Below, piece after piece: positions 37,599 to 51,600 of a stretch of 64,000 nucleotides of DNA. The stretch comes from Peribolospora baueri (taxonomy: Eukaryota), in contig JAMDHS010000039.1 of assembly GCA_029717555.1 (NCBI GenBank), forward strand, positions 62,001 to 126,000, written 5' to 3'. The translations under genes and the position numbers were made by a program. How positions within the stretch are numbered: position 1 is the stretch's first letter; every line of letters starts with the position of its first letter. The notes under the pieces were generated by a model. It did no database searches. It saw only the letters and a program-made list of their open reading frames with translations, and was not told where the DNA came from.

Positions 37599-40392
37599 TT
37601 ATCTGGGCATCAAATACGTTTCGTTGTGTCGTGTTTTATCGTCGTCGGCCAGCTTTGGACGCTCATCGATATCTTCCGTCGCTTCACGTTCGAGCTCTTT
37701 AAGGATTCTGGAAGGCGGTTTGTGACGCCGCTCGACGTCCATCGACGAGTCAGGAAGGACACAGTCAATTCGAAGGCAAGGCAAGGCAAGTCAAATCAAA
37801 GCAAGTTATAAGGAGAGGACGTCCGAAGAGACAGGCAACAAGCGAGAAAGAGGGAGAGGACCATCCGCGCAACCCGGATCACAGCAAAGAGAGAGGATAG
37901 AATCGAAATTAGAGTCACCGAGGACAGACGACCTTGAGCACGTTGGCGGCCAGGCTGATGATCATCGTCAGCACACCATAGACGGCGAAGGCCCGGGCTG
38001 GCCCTACGAGGCGGTTGTGTGTGTCGGTGGCGTGGAGGGAGGAGTAAAGAAGGCCGGGAAGGACTGTTGAAAGGAAGAAAAAGGGAGGAAAGAGCGGCTT
38101 CAGAAACGCACAGTCGGGCGGAGAAGATGGAAGCGAGGCAAGAGGGCATGGGCGCACTAAAAGAGATGGTTGTAGAGCCGACCGCGCCAACAAAGCCGAG
38201 AACCTGCAAAAGAGGAGAAGTAGGGGCGAGAGACAGAGAACCAACGTTAGCGGTCGGAGAAGAGGCGAAGAAATAAAGGAACTGGGCGAACGAGCCAAGC
38301 AAGTCATCCAGCGAAACGCATCCGACTGACCGTGTCCAACTCGTAAACAAACATGGACACAAAGAAGGTACTGAGGAGCACCGCTGTCGTAAGGACGCAC
38401 CACCGCACGAGGCCTATCTCCTCGTGATGGTGATGACGGTGATGACTATATCGCTCATTGACACGCGCTCTTCTCCTCCTACCGACAGCTATGATGGTAG
38501 GATCAGCTCCTTGCTCCTCTTCTCCATCCTCCTCGTCCTCCACATCTTCCTCCGAACCGGGATAGTCACTCTTAACAGCAGCGGCCGCTCGAGATCTTAT
38601 GAGAACCTTGTCAAGCGAAGCACGGCAGGGGTGGACTTGGAGAGGATAGGAGAAGAGAACAAGGATGACGATGGCGAGTCTGCCGAAGGAGACGAAGAGG
38701 TTGGCTGAGGGGTACTTTGCGGCTATGTTCGAGCCGACAAGCGATCCGAAGGTCAAGTAGCCGAGACTAGATGCAGGTATCAGAGGGCCGAGTAAAAGGG
38801 TAAAGAGGGGTCAGGCCAGGTCAGGTCGAAGAAAATGGAACCGGACAGGTGGAGAGCATTCGAACAAGCGCGGCCAACCTGATAACTATAAAAGGGAAGG
38901 ACAGAACGACTTACACTCCAATTATCTCGTACACTACCGCGGCACCGCCGATGCTGAAGCCGATGACAGTGTTAACCCTACGGTGGTTGTTGCTCTTGAG
39001 CTCATTCCAGACGGGGAAGATGTTTTGAGCGCAGGTGCTGGCGTGACGCCCGAAGGTGAGGAGAAGACTCTAATCAGTCGACGGCTCGCTTTCCAAGAAA
39101 AATGTTGCTTGAAGCAGCTTTGCGTAGAACAGAAAACAGAATTTTGCCACGTCGAGTACTCACTAAGCGAAAACAAACACAGGCACGCTAGCGATAGTAT
39201 CCCTGTGCACCATGGGAGCGAGTACGACCTCACCTCGAGGAGGCAGTTGAGATCTAGCCTGCGGCGAGACAAAATGATAGATGACGATGACCAAGAGGTA
39301 TACGACGGCTAGAAGGGCGAGGTATGAAGTATGCCGAAGCGAGTCTAGACGACGAAGAAAGCAAAGTGGGACTAAAGTGACGTTGGTTGGTTTTAAAAGG
39401 TGAAACGGCATTAGCACAACGCACCAAGAGAAAGATCTATGCGATAACGCATGGATTTATCGGCTCACCGAGGAAAAACATGAACAAGACGATCCAAAAG
39501 CTACGATTGAGAAGGATGGACGGCGGCTCATGATGGCCGAGAGCCTTTGCGAAGCTCAGGAGGACCTGGGGCATGAGTTGCCCGCATATAATGAGGTATC
39601 TGCGGGAGACGATGAGCGGAACAACGTCAAGAGGAGACAACGTCAATAACCGCTGCTGGATTAATTGACAGGCCGCAGGATCGCGGTGCAGACTGTTTGT
39701 CCTATTTTGTCTCTCCCACCAGCGTCAAAATGCATCTGGGCACTCACGATATGCTCACGCCCCAACACTTAATAGCAACTACGGCGCTAAAGAGCTTTGC
39801 GTACGCGGGTTTAGATACCCTAGCGATGGCATCGAAAGACGCCTTGCGTCCGCCTAAACGAGCCGCGCAGCGGGTCAGGAGGTAGAGGCCGAAGGCGGCG
39901 GTGAGGCCGCAAAAGGCGACAATGACGACGCCGAGAGAGAGGCCCGTCGTTGCGATGGCTCCCGGAGTGGCTAGCATCTAGCGAGATCAACAGGGATACG
40001 GGAAGATCATGACCGTTTATGAGCGGCTGGAGCAAAGTTCATCTAAACACCATCTGGGTTGAACAGAGGTACCCGCTTCCGCCTGATAAGGCATATTTCT
40101 GGATGTTCTACCCAATGGTTTGGTCTCTAATAGAACAAACAAAGCAAGTAAAAGTGCAAGGAGCGTGCTGCTTACTCACACCAGTACCGAGAATAGTGTT
40201 GGCCATGTTGGCGATACTGCTTAGCATGGTCGCCGTGCCTTCATCGTCTCCGTCTCCGTCCGGTCGTCCCGCCGTTTCTTCGATCTGGTGGTCCAAAAGC
40301 AAAGAACTGGCATCTGAATGTCTCCCATGCCTTGGGCTGGCAGCATGGGCGGCGCGGGTGGACGGAGACCGAAGGGAACCGTAGGAGGCCAT
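37599..40392 (-). CDS. Amino acid/auxin permease family vacuolar amino acid transporter (Avt5/6/7-like); last exon approximate
   Basis: SSIANMANTILGTG, AIKCWGVSIS/YLII, PLCFLRRLDSLRHTS, VFVFA/.TCAQN, SYPLQVHPCR, VLGFVGAVGSTTISF and LPGLLY. Confidence 0.9.
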
Positions 40393-40776
40393 GGCAAGCG
40401 GGAGAGCTGGACAGTATTTGGCCTACCTCCTACCAACGTTGGATGCCGACGCTAAGGCTGAAAAGGAGGGCGCCGTGAGACGCCTGCTGCCTACTGTGCT
40501 GCGTAGTCCACTTCTTTCGTCGCCGTCGTTCTTTGCTGTCTTGATGATGGCGGCGTCGTCAAAAGGTGTCCATGGTGGCCCCCTGCGATGGCGAGCTCGG
40601 CGCTAAGGCCCCTTTGCCCGGCCCGAATCTTATCGGCCTTCGGCTTTTGGCGGCCGGCACGCGTTCCGACTGATACGGCCTTTGCCGCAGCAGCCAGCTC
40701 ACGGCTGCCGCAAGCACATCGACGTTCGACATCAACCAGCAACGCCGTCTTCTCTCCACCCATCAGCCGGCCAACG

Positions 40777-41647
40777 ATGTCCGCCATTCAGCCGCCACAG
40801 GACAGCTCGGCGCCTCTTCTGTCAGACAACGACGACTATGTCCCCGTCCCTCTCCAAATAGACGGGCAGTCGGAGCTGCTATCGTGCCAGCAGCACGGCC
40901 TCCCCCAATGCGCTCAATGCGGCGTCGACTTTGGTGTGCTCAAGTGAGTTGCGTTCAAATCAGGTCGAGGTCGTGAAGACCTTGGGCGCTTTAAGTCGTC
41001 GCTTTTTCCGTGCGGAATAGCTACGGGCGACGGCCTCATCCTTTTCTCCCCTCTTTCCCTTTCCCAACGACACCTCTCCTTCCTCGCCAGCGCGCTCACT
41101 CGCACGCTCAAATCCATGCCACAACTCGCCGTCCCTCCACCGCCGAACGTCGTCTTTCCGCATCGAAGCATGGGCGTCAACAAGGTAAAAGAGGACGGAA
41201 ATGCGCGCTTCCGCGAGGGCAAGCACGGCGACGCGCTCAAGTTCTACACGCTCGGCGCCGAGATTGCCGCGGGCAGGCCGCTGTGGGAGAACAATCAGAT
41301 CGGGAGGGATGAGTTGGCCATGATCCTGTGCAACCGCTCTGCCGCCTACTACGCCGCGGGGGACTTTCTGAGCTCGTACGCCGACGCGGACGCTTGCGTC
41401 AAGCTGAAGCGGCCTTGGACAAAGGCCCATTTCAGGAAGGGCAAGGCTCTTGCGGGGTTGAAGAGGTGGGACGACGCAAGGCAAGCTTACCAGGCCGGTC
41501 TTGAGTTTGAACCCAACTCTGTGAGTCGTCTTCTCCTTCCGTTCGTATTCGCTTTCCATGCTCAGCTCACCTCCGTCTGCGTCCCTTTGGTCTAAACCCT
41601 TTCAGGCCGATCTGCTCAAGGCAATCGCCGAGCTGCCTCAGGCCTGA
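40777..41647 (+). CDS. SEC72: Sec72-like TPR subunit of the Sec62/63 translocation complex
   Basis: C..H....C..C N-terminus, VPPPP, KVKEDGN..F, RPLWE, ILCNRSAA, LKRPWTKAHFRKG and GLEFEP. Confidence 0.8.
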
Positions 41648-42290
41648 ACGTCTCGTCTGTCACGGTCGGCGACCTCCGCTCGGCTGACAGATTTGTTCGC
41701 GTGGCGTGTATTCTAGTCCGCATCAAAACAGTTGTAGAAGGCACGATACCCGTCTTTCCTCCCTTCATGTCATTTTCCTAACCAAAACCTGGCACTACGA
41801 TGATGGCCACGTCATGATGTGTGCTCGCGAGTCTCCTCGTGCCTCGTTCGACGCCCTTCCACCTAAGAACCCAGTCAAAAGGCTGCCTTCCAAGCGCCTT
41901 TGCTTTGCTACCGCTTTCCATGTCGTGTGCCACCGCAACCCACCCGAACCCAGGCGTATAAGGACCGGCCGCATTTCTTTCCCATCTCCATCGTCCATAT
42001 ATCACTACTGCAGTCCTCTATGCAGAACGCTCAAAGCGCACCTCCATTTGCCGCTTTTCTCCAATCGAACATAAAGCCCGCTCACAGACACGACAAGAAC
42101 ATATATCACGGCAAAAAGCGCATGTCATGATTTTGGTAAGAGGGATGTAGCTTTACACATGGAGGGGGAGAAGACGGCAGGTGGCATGCATGAGATTGCC
42201 GTGAAGGGCGGGGAAACCATGCTGAAACCCTCCCGAAACCATAAGGAGAAGGGGAACGAAGGTCGGAGCGAACGGAAAGGCCTTTCCCGT

Positions 42291-43459
42291 TTACTCAGTG
42301 TGCTCCTTCTGGCGGCGACGCTGGTCGCGCTCCTCAGCGATGGACAGACTGAAAAAAAGGAATGAACGGGCACCAAGAAAAGTCAGCGACCAAGTCAAAG
42401 AGTTAGAGTAGAAGCGTGGACCTCCATGAGCTCTAAGCAGACACCCACCGGACACCACCGCCACGGGGCAGGGAGATCCACGCCTTGCCGCCGTCGCCGA
42501 TGACGAAGACGTTGCTCAAGCGCGTCGCGAAGTCACGGCCGAGAGTGTCGCGGACGTGAATAATGTCGAATCCACCCATGTGGCGCTCGCGGTTGACAAT
42601 GTGGCCCACACGGCCCATGTTGCGACCGCCAGTGATCATGACGGTGGCGCCCGTGTCGAACTTGACAAAGTCCTGGATCTTGTTGTTCTCAATGTCAAAC
42701 TTGATCGAGTCGTTCACCTTGATCAAAGGGTCCGGGTAGCGGATGGTGCGGCCGTCGTGGGTGACGACGTGAGGCACGCCCTTCGCACCAAGCTGGACCT
42801 TCTTTACCTTGCAAAGCTTGTAGCCAGCCTCCTCCGGGGTGATGCGGTGGATGACGAAGCGGCCCTTGACGTCGTAGAGAATACGGAAGTGCTCGCCCGA
42901 CTTCTCGATCGAGATAACGTCCATGAAACCGGTCGGGTAGGTATTGTCCGTGCGAACCTTGCCGTCGACCTTGATAAGTCGCTGAGCGACGATGGCGGTC
43001 ACCTCACGACCGGTCAAGGCATACTTGAGACGGTTGCGGAGGAAGATCTATCGAGCGCAAGGCAGCGAAGAAAATACGGCCTCGTGTCAATAGGTCTGGG
43101 TACCACGCATGCAAACCCAAGGGACAAGGGGCGATACGGCACTGACAGAAAGGGGAAGAGACTCCCTGAGCTTGTGAGGACCGGGAGAGGGACGAGGGGC
43201 GTAAGTGCCGCCGAGCTTGTCGAGCATCCAGCTCGAAGGCGCGGCAAGCCTCTTCAAGTGCTTCTTGGGACCCCTGGCCTATTATTCCAAAGACGAAGGG
43301 AGAGTCGAGGACGAGGACGAGTGCAAGTAGTACGAAGACGAGCAAATTGTGAGTAACAAAAACGGCTTTCCGCGCCCCAGGGACGCTACGCCCACTTCCA
43401 AATCTCTCCCTGTAACATGTGCAACGCTGGTGCCGAATGTACGTGCAAATGCTCACCAT
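42291..43459 (-). CDS. RPS4: 40S ribosomal protein S4 (eS4)
   Basis: [51 protein letters not shown] and [12 protein letters not shown]. The first coding exon is ATG only. Confidence 0.98.
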
Positions 43460-43614
43460 CTTGACGTAGTGGAGCTAGTCTTGAGGATGAGAAGGTTATG
43501 GAAGGGACGACGGCGACGGCGACGAGCGTGGTTAGGCTGTCAATCTTCGATGCGCCTGTCCATGGCCTCGTTACGAGCCGCAGCCGCTAAGATTCGCACG
43601 CTCTCCCTATGCCC

Positions 43615-43658
43615 TCACGTGGACAGCTGCACAGTTGACTTGCTGTAAGGTAACCCTA
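43615..43658. promoter_or_regulatory. Candidate shared RP-gene promoter elements: E-box TCACGTG (43615-43621) and telobox-like TAACCCTA (43651-43658)
   Basis: Both motifs lie near the centre of the 319-bp RPS4/RPL33 spacer. The Cbf1+Tbf1 combination is known from RP promoters of some fungi. Confidence 0.4.
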
Positions 43659-43778
43659 CTACTGCCCCACTCTGCCTCGCTACCGCAGTCCCGCTCGGGA
43701 ACCTGACCTGTTCGAGACGCGAAGCGAAGCCAAAGTCGAACACCACCAATCCTTCAAGCCGGATCTTCGATCGTTAGA

Positions 43779-44577
43779 ATGGTGAGTGGAGCGAAAGGCG
43801 GAAGGGACGGCATATGGGGAATTCGGGGAGGGTTTGGGAATGATGAGGTAGGATGAGGTAGTACACGACGTCGGCGTTTGCAGGGGAGGATGCGGACGGG
43901 GCTCGAGCAGGACTACGGTTACATCGGTTGTTGTTCGATGTATCACACGTCGCTCGTGGATTGGTCTGACCTTCTTCGCCTCCCTCGCTGTCGCTATTTA
44001 CTCCTCTCGTCTTGCAGGCTCGCCTCTACTGCAAGGGTCGTGTGCTGGGCTTCAAGCGGAGCAAGCACGTCCAGACCCCCAACACGTCGCTTCTCGCCAT
44101 TGAGGGCGTCTCCAACAAGAAGGACGCTCAGTTCTACCTCGGCAAGGTGAGCTAGATTAGCTTTGAAGCTGATAAGGCGGGCATAGCTTGCAAATCGAGG
44201 ATGCGACAACGGACGGCCGCTCTCTGACCGTACCTCTGACGCTGTCTGGATTCCGTGTTCGTTCCCTCTCCTATGTTTCCTATCCCAGCGCGTCGCGTAC
44301 GTCTACCGGGCGAAGACCGAGGTGCGCGGCAGCAAGATCCGCGTCATCTGGGGCAAGGTCACTCGCCCGCACGGCAACTCTGGCGTCGTGAAGTCCAAGT
44401 TCAAGCACAACCTCCCTCCCAAGGCTTTCGGTGCGACGGTCCGAGTGGTGAGTGTGCGAACGGCTGGCGGGGACGAACAGGCGATGGTGCGGTGCGACGA
44501 TCATCCATAAATGTCATCTTGCTGAGACGAATTCTGTCTTGGGGTCTTCCCAGATGCTCTACCCGTCCAACGTCTAA
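43779..44577 (+). CDS. RPL33: 60S ribosomal protein L33/L35a (eL33)
   Basis: [56 protein letters not shown] and MLYPSNV*. The first coding exon is ATG only. Confidence 0.97.
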
Positions 44578-45603
44578 AATGACCGTAGAGGAACGGTCTA
44601 ACCCTCTATGCCCGTTCGCCTTCCCCTTTGCGGTCATCACACCGCCCATGGCATGTACACTATGCATCCTGGTAGCGTTCTCTAGCGCTCATCGTGCCAA
44701 TGAGGAGCTTCGCTTCGTATCGAGATAGCGATCGCACTTCTCTTCCACAGACTGATAGGGAGAACTCCGAAAGATGCCTCCTCTCTACCTCAGCAGCACT
44801 TGTTCCGGGCTTGTATGGATGGATTCGATGGGAAACCGATTATGAGGAAGCGGTGAAGAATTGGCGACTGCAGCGCAGAACATGGTCGACACGGTCGCAC
44901 ATGTCCCATTGCCCATAGGTAAGTGTGTCTCGGACGGATCCTCCTAGGGCCAGGGCGGACGAAGGAGATGGCGTCGGTCGGTAGGTCGGTCGTCTTCTTC
45001 GAAGCCAGTACGGCGTCGGTCCGTCCGCCGCTCTTGTTCGGAAGGACTCGTGCAGCCAAGGCAGCCGGGGTGAACACTCAACACACGACTCACACGGCTG
45101 AGGATGAGGTAGCGGGCCGAGTCGAGAGGGAGGCAAGTCCGATTGGGAAACGGAGGTATCGAAAAGACGTACGTACTGTGTGGCCCGCCCCGCTCCGGAG
45201 AAAGAGGGTCTCAGGCAGGAATCGAGGGCCGGTTCAGACAAAGGCGAAGAAAGGAACGAGGGAAGCGACACTTGGGGGAAGGGTAGTAGCAGGGCGAGGA
45301 AGCGGGACGATGGCAAGAGAGAAGGAAGGAAGGAACGACGGGGCGTGATAAGAAAGAAACCAGCTCATGCTGAACGAGCAAGACAAACGAGACTTGACAG
45401 AGTGAGACCGAGTCGAAACGAGATGAATCTAGTAGTACTGCTTCTTCCTCCAAGGGAAGGCAACGTCGAAGTCGACGGGGGGGGAAACAATAGATAATGA
45501 CGCCCTCGGCCAAAAGGTGAAGAAAAAAAAAAGTGGGTTAGGAATGACAAAGCGACTCGAGAGCGGAACGGACGAAAAAAGCAGGGGCGGAGCGAACCCC
45601 AAG

Positions 45604-48600
45604 TCAGCGCTTGGGCGTGCTGGAGGTAAAGCTGGGGATGCGCGAACTGCGATTACGGTTCGCATACGCGGAAGGCGCGCTCGGCGGAGGCAACCTTGAG
45701 CCCGCAGGAGGTCGTGCCTTTTCAGGTGACGAAGGAACGGGCAAGCTCGAGCTGGCTGGCGGTGGCGGCAAAGACACGTCGAGCGGCCTGACGGAAGACG
45801 TAACGGACGCCGCCGCTGCCGCACCGTGCATGATGCCTGAAAGGGGAGACCGAGCAGGAAGACCACGGAGGGACGCGAAAGACTGAGACTGGCGGATGTT
45901 CTGAGCTTGTGCCGAGGGTTCAACGGCGGCGGCGACGCCGGAGGGATCGGCGTCGTGAGCGTGCTCGTTGTAGTAAGGCAGCGACGTCCTCGAGCCGCTA
46001 AATAGCCTGCTTGGCGGACGTATTTTCATACCGGAACTCGCTGGTGTACCCGTGGAAGTAGCTGCAGGCGTTGGTAGCGTTGACGGTAGGGACGGCCGTC
46101 CAGCGAGCGCACGACGTGCCGGTGTTGCTGCTGCTGCTGCTGTTTGCGCCGGCGTTGACAAGCCCGAGCGAGTCGACAGGCTTGACGGAATCCCAGATTT
46201 TGCCAGGGATGAAGACTTGGTAGGCGAGCCAGGCTCTCGTAAGGACGACAAATCCTTGCCCGCCGCCCCAAGGCCTTGTGACGACCACCCGCCCGGCTTC
46301 GACGACGACGACGACGACGACGACGACAAACCGGCCCAGGCGCTGGGCGGCTGCGAGCTGTCGCTTCGGACCGAACCGATGGACCGCGATGACGCGACAG
46401 AACTGCTGCTCGATCTCCGACCGGCTGGGACGGCAGCCGATCGTGATGGTGTGGGAAGGCCGGTGGGTCGGGCGGCGGTCGGCGACGCGCCGGACCCAAC
46501 GGACGAGAGCGACTGCTTGCTAGGCGAGGGCGGCGTTGTCCAATCAGTGCTGTTCGAACCGGCCAGCTGACGGATCCGAGAAGGTGGGGAGCTCAAGCCT
46601 GCCGTCGACGGCCCAGTCGATGCGTTTGCGTTCCCTTCCTTGAGCAAGGCCTCGTGGTCTTCTGCGTCCACGCTCGTCGCTTGCGTCGCCCAGCTGCGTC
46701 TTCCCACGCTCGCCGGACCTGAAGAGGTGGTCAGGTTCGTGCTGGACAGCGGCGGAGACGTGCTGTCGTCGTCGGTAGACGCCGCCGAGAAAACATTGGC
46801 ATTGGAGGAGACGTGGAGGAAGCGGTCGGACTTGTCCGAGGAGAATATGGCGCCGCGACGGAGAAAACTATCCCTCGTTCGGCTGGGCCACGTCGAGCCG
46901 GTGCTCGCTCGACTGCCGCGGCTCCGGGCCGCGGCGGCGGTCACGCCGCTAAGCGAGGTGCGATCGGAATTGCGATAGCCTAATCGCGTGGGCGACATCG
47001 AAGGCAGGCCAGAGTTGGAACGTTTGGGCGAGTCTAGGGACATGTCAAAGTCAACGTCGTCCGCCGTCTCTCTTCGGGCGACGGGTGGGAGAAAGGAAGA
47101 CGTGATCCAGCCTTGATCATCATCGACGGGGTCAAAGTTGAGCTCGGTACTGCTGTCCGAACTGTCCTTTCGATGGCCATAAGGTCGAGCGAGCTGGCCG
47201 GCGGTGCCAATCTCGGATTGAGTCTTGCGCGTCGTCGCCCTCAGGCTGTTCAACGAATCGGACGCCCTCTGTTTGCCTTTCCGACTTGGACCACCACCAC
47301 CACCACCACCACCCGCGCTGCCGCCCTCGCCCTCAGAGCTGCTCCAACCCGTTCCTCGATCGGTCATCGGCATGGCGCTGACCGTCCGACTCAGACGGCC
47401 TCCTCTCGGCGACGGACCTGGCTTGACGGGCGTCGGCGCGGCGACCTTGACGGTGGGATATTCCAGCACGTGCGTCCGCTCGGCTAAGCTCGCGAGGCTC
47501 TCATTGATGTCGAGGTCCGACTCATCGGAACCTGGTCGATGATTGGCCAAGGTCCGCGGCCAATCGGTGAGCCGAGAGAGGTCGTCAGACGAGGAGGAAC
47601 GAAGAAAATCCTCACCACCGCCGCCGCCGCCGGCGGTGAGATCGGGCGGCGGGCTCACCGATGGACGCCGCCGGGACGGTGGGTTGGGCAAAGACAGTGG
47701 CAAGGGCGGCAGCGCCTCGGTGGGAGGCCCCGTGGCTGGCGGCGGCGGCGGCCCACCAAGCGGCCGCGGATCCCGCGGTGGTGGCACCTCGTGGTCGTCC
47801 GAGGGGGAGTACAACCGAGCCTCCATGTCGTCCAAGTCGCTGCTGGTGGTGACGGAGCTGACGCTGACGCTCTGGGCGATCGATGATGGCGCTCCGGGTG
47901 AGCGCCCATGACCTTGGGACCTGCCGACGGGTGTTCGCCTGCTGGAGATTGTTCTTTGTCGATCGAGGTGGCCGTCGGCGTCACTATTTCCATCGCTGCT
48001 GTCTCGAACGACCTCCGTGTCCTCCTCGGCAGACGGATCGCCGCCGCCGCTGCCGTCCAGGGCGCCGATGACACCACGGTGGAAGGAAGAAGTGGAGAGC
48101 CGTCGGAGATTGACCGCGTACAAAGCTTTCGTGCTCGCCGACGACGTCCGCTTTTCGTCAGGCGAGCCAGCCTTTCCCGACGCTGACGCCGACGCCGGAA
48201 TCGGCGGTAGGGCCTCGGTCGGTGGGGCCGACGGTGCTGGACCGTGGCGATTGGTATTGTTGGAAAAGTATCCCAGCGGACTGCCGTCCCGACTGGCGTA
48301 CTCGCTCAGTGGGCTCTTTTCGCTGCCGGAGACGGAAGAGGAGTATTCGATGGTCTCGATGCCGGCGATACCGGAATGTCCGCCGCCAGTGTCGACACGA
48401 AGCGACGGCACGGCTCGGAGTAAGGGAGAGCGGGATGATGCCGACGAAGACGATGACGGGCCCGCTGCGGTGGCGAGTGTTTCGCCGAAACGTGGCCTTG
48501 GGGGCATGTCTAACCTGCCTGGAGGACTCCTGGTTGGTGTGGCGCCTGCCGTCGTCGTCGAACCGGAGCCACCGGTGGTGGGAGGGGGAAGAGGGGGCAA

Positions 48601-51600
48601 CGGAAGCGTGGGAGGCCTGCTAGGGTCGAACGCCTCGCCGAGGCGGGCGGACGGATGTTGAGCGGGCGTCTCTGCCAAAGGCGGCGGCGGCGGCGACGAC
48701 GACGAGGATGATGATGATGGTGACGATGCCCTGTTGTCCTGCTCTTCCGACCTCGACCCTTGTCCTTCCCATGCGGCCGCCAGGGAAAGCGCGGACGGTT
48801 TGCGCGAGGCGCCGCCCGCACCACCACCACCGCCGCCGGCGGCGGCGGGTAGGACGGCGGTGGTCGTCGGCGGCGCGGGAAATTGTGGAGTGGCAAAGTC
48901 GTCCGAGCTGTCGCTCGCTCCGCTCGCCGTGCTCAACACGCTGCCTCGCCAGGACGCGGCGTCGTATCGGAGGACCATGCCCGTGTCCGGAGCCCCCGTT
49001 CCGTCCGTCCCGGGCTCGCTCTCCTTGAGATCGGTGCGAGGCTCGGAGGAGGAAAGGGCGGCAATGGGAGAAGACGAAGGGACGGAGACGGGGCTCTTGA
49101 TGCTACCAGACCTGTTGCCCGAAGCCGCAGCGAGCTCCCTGAGCCTCTGCTCGGCCTCGAGCCGTTCCGCAAGGATCTGGCTAGCTTTTCTCGAAATGGT
49201 GCCTGGTGCCAATCGGGAGCGCGATGGCGATGCCGACCGGGATGGTGTTAAGGACAAGGACGACGGCGGGCACTTCATCGTCGTTGGAGAGGTGAGCGGG
49301 GAAAGTGAAGGTGAGAGCGGGGAGGTGGGTCGTGGGAAGGAAGACGAAGACGAGAGCGGGGACGTGGGTCGTGCGAGGGAAGACGAAGACGACTCGCGGC
49401 GGTGAGGTAGACTGGCGCCCCTGGCGGCGGCAAAGCGTGCCGTCTCCCCCTCTTTTTCTTTTCTGACAACCTCCTTCGGAGGGCTGCCAGACTGCGCGTG
49501 CAGCTCGCCCTCCAAAGCGAACGGTTCATGAGTATCGTGTGTGGTGCTCCCAAGATCGCCCGTCGCCGTCGCCGTCGTCGTCGGCGGAGAAGGAGGAGAG
49601 GGGGGCTCGAAAGCAGTCACGGCGGTGACTGCGGACGAGACCGACGCCGAGCGTCCCGAGCGGCCTGACCACTTGCGGCGGATCGGCAAGCTCGGACGGC
49701 CATGCGGTGGCGACGGGGGGCTGTGGCGCGACAGTGACTGTGACCGGTCCTCGTTCGTCTCTTCGTCCATCGGTTCAGGCGACTCGGATCTCGCGAGGGC
49801 GCCGAGGATGGAGGACGAGACGGAACGGGGGGACGCGTCGCCGCCGGGATCACCATCATCGAGTTCGGTAAAACCGGTGTCGAGCGTCTCCCTGGCGGAG
49901 AGAAAGCTTGCGTCGCTCCGTCTCCGACTCTCGGCGGTACCCCTCCTGCTGGGGATGGAGACGGCGAGGCTAGGGTCGCGAGACGGCGAGGCGGGGGAAG
50001 GGTCGCGAGACGGCAAGGCGGGAGGAAGAGGAGAGGCGTCTTCAGGAGAGCCGGACGAATGAGGCGGGTCAGGCCAGGTGAACGCGTCGAGACCGAGGCC
50101 GAGGCCAGAGCCGATCCTGCCTCCCTTGCCATCAAAGCCGGTGCCGAGGGGGGAAGGTGGGGGGGAGTCGGAATGCGTGCCCCAGGGAGGCGTTTCGCGA
50201 GGCGTTTCGCGAGACGTGGATGTGGACGTGGTGGATGTCGATGCGGTCGACGTCGATGGACCGCCACCGCCTCCGCCGCTGTCGTCGCTCGACTTTGTCA
50301 CAGACGACTGCAGCGGAGGCGCAGATACCGACGAGGACAGCTGCGAGCTGGCCCGCTTGCTCCAGGAAGGCGGGCGGGGCCGGGAGGAGCGACTGGACGG
50401 GAGCTCGGACATGCCAGCGCCGACGACGGTCGACAGGCCGGCGGACGGCCTCGGACCGGTATCACCGCTGTCTGCGCCGCCGTCGCTCATCTGTGCCTCC
50501 CTCTTCTCCTTTTCCGCCGCGTCCCGCTGTTCATGCTCGCCAACCATTTCAACCGCTGTCGTCGCTGTCGTCGCCACCGTCGTCGTCATCGTCGTCGTCG
50601 TCGTCGTCGTCGCCACCGTCGACCGCGTCGAAGACTCAAAACTACCGCTTCGGCCGGTCAAATTGCCAACGACCGGCGGGGGCCCAGTAGTGACGTCCAA
50701 GGATACCTTCCCCACGGGGTTCTCCACACGTCCGGAACTTGCAGTCGCAGTCGTACCTCCAGCTCCGTCAAACGACGAAGACCGGGACGAATCGCCCCCA
50801 CCGTCTCCTTCAGAAGAAGACGAGTCCGACGGGGCAAAAAAGATCGTCTGTCTTCCTCCTTCTTCCCTTTCCCTCGTTGGCGGGCGGAGGGAGAACTTGG
50901 GGATGGAGAGGGAGCGAGCTTGTGCCTGCGCTTGAGCTTGTGCTTGCGCTTGAGCTTGAGTTCGTTGGGAGAGGGAGAAGGAGGAAGGCGGTTGGGATGA
51001 GGTGGCGGTGGCCGGCGGCTTGTTCGCACGAGGACCTCCTTGTCCTCGGTCGAGACTTTGCCCACCTCCTTGACGTTGAGAGGGCGCACTGGGTACCGGA
51101 GGAGACGGTGACGATCGCTCGGGATGGGAAAGGGGATCAGAATCGTGATGCGAATGCGAATGTGACGAGTCGTTCCTCGTGCCGGCAAAAGCAGCGGCAG
51201 AGGCGCTGGTGGGGGAGAAGAGGGTGCCAAAGGAGGAAGCGTGGGCGTGGGCGTGGGACCGTGCGGAAAGTTCGTTGACGTTTCCACCGCCGCTGCCGCT
51301 GCCGCCAGGGCCAGGGCTACTGTAGCCGTAGCCGTATCCTTTGGCGTATCCGTAGCCGTTCGCTGCGTTACCGTTCGCGTTGGCGCCGCCACCGAGAGAG
51401 GGGGCGAGGGTGGGAGTACGAGGCTCAGCAAAGCTATCAGGCGAGCTTACGACCGAGCTAAAGACGCCTCCGCTGGCGGTCGAAGACGAGAGACTACCGC
51501 TCGCCAGCGGCGTCTCGGACAAGGAAGACGGAGAGGAAGGTGGGGATGCGAAGCCGAATCCACCGCCGAGAGCGGGCGTGAAGACGGGCGCGGACGAGCC

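Noticed and set aside
37329..37811. ORF ending in SKL (PTS1-like)
   Set aside because: TTG start, overlaps the AVT 3' end in antisense and is not linked to the RPN7 frame; likely chance. No TGA-CTA readthrough context was seen at the annotated stops.
42556..43356. 266-aa ORF antisense to RPS4
   Set aside because: Caused by the strong codon bias of a highly expressed gene.
43839..43970. Possible intronic C/D snoRNA in RPL33 intron 1 (ATGATGA...CTGA)
   Set aside because: The CTGA coincides with the likely branch point (CTGAC). I saw no terminal stem or recognisable rRNA guide; a snoscan/Infernal run would be needed.
1..44577. Biosynthetic or metabolic gene cluster (three transporters, carboxylase, AhpD-like)
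   Set aside because: No core biosynthetic enzyme, and the genes are interspersed with unrelated housekeeping genes.
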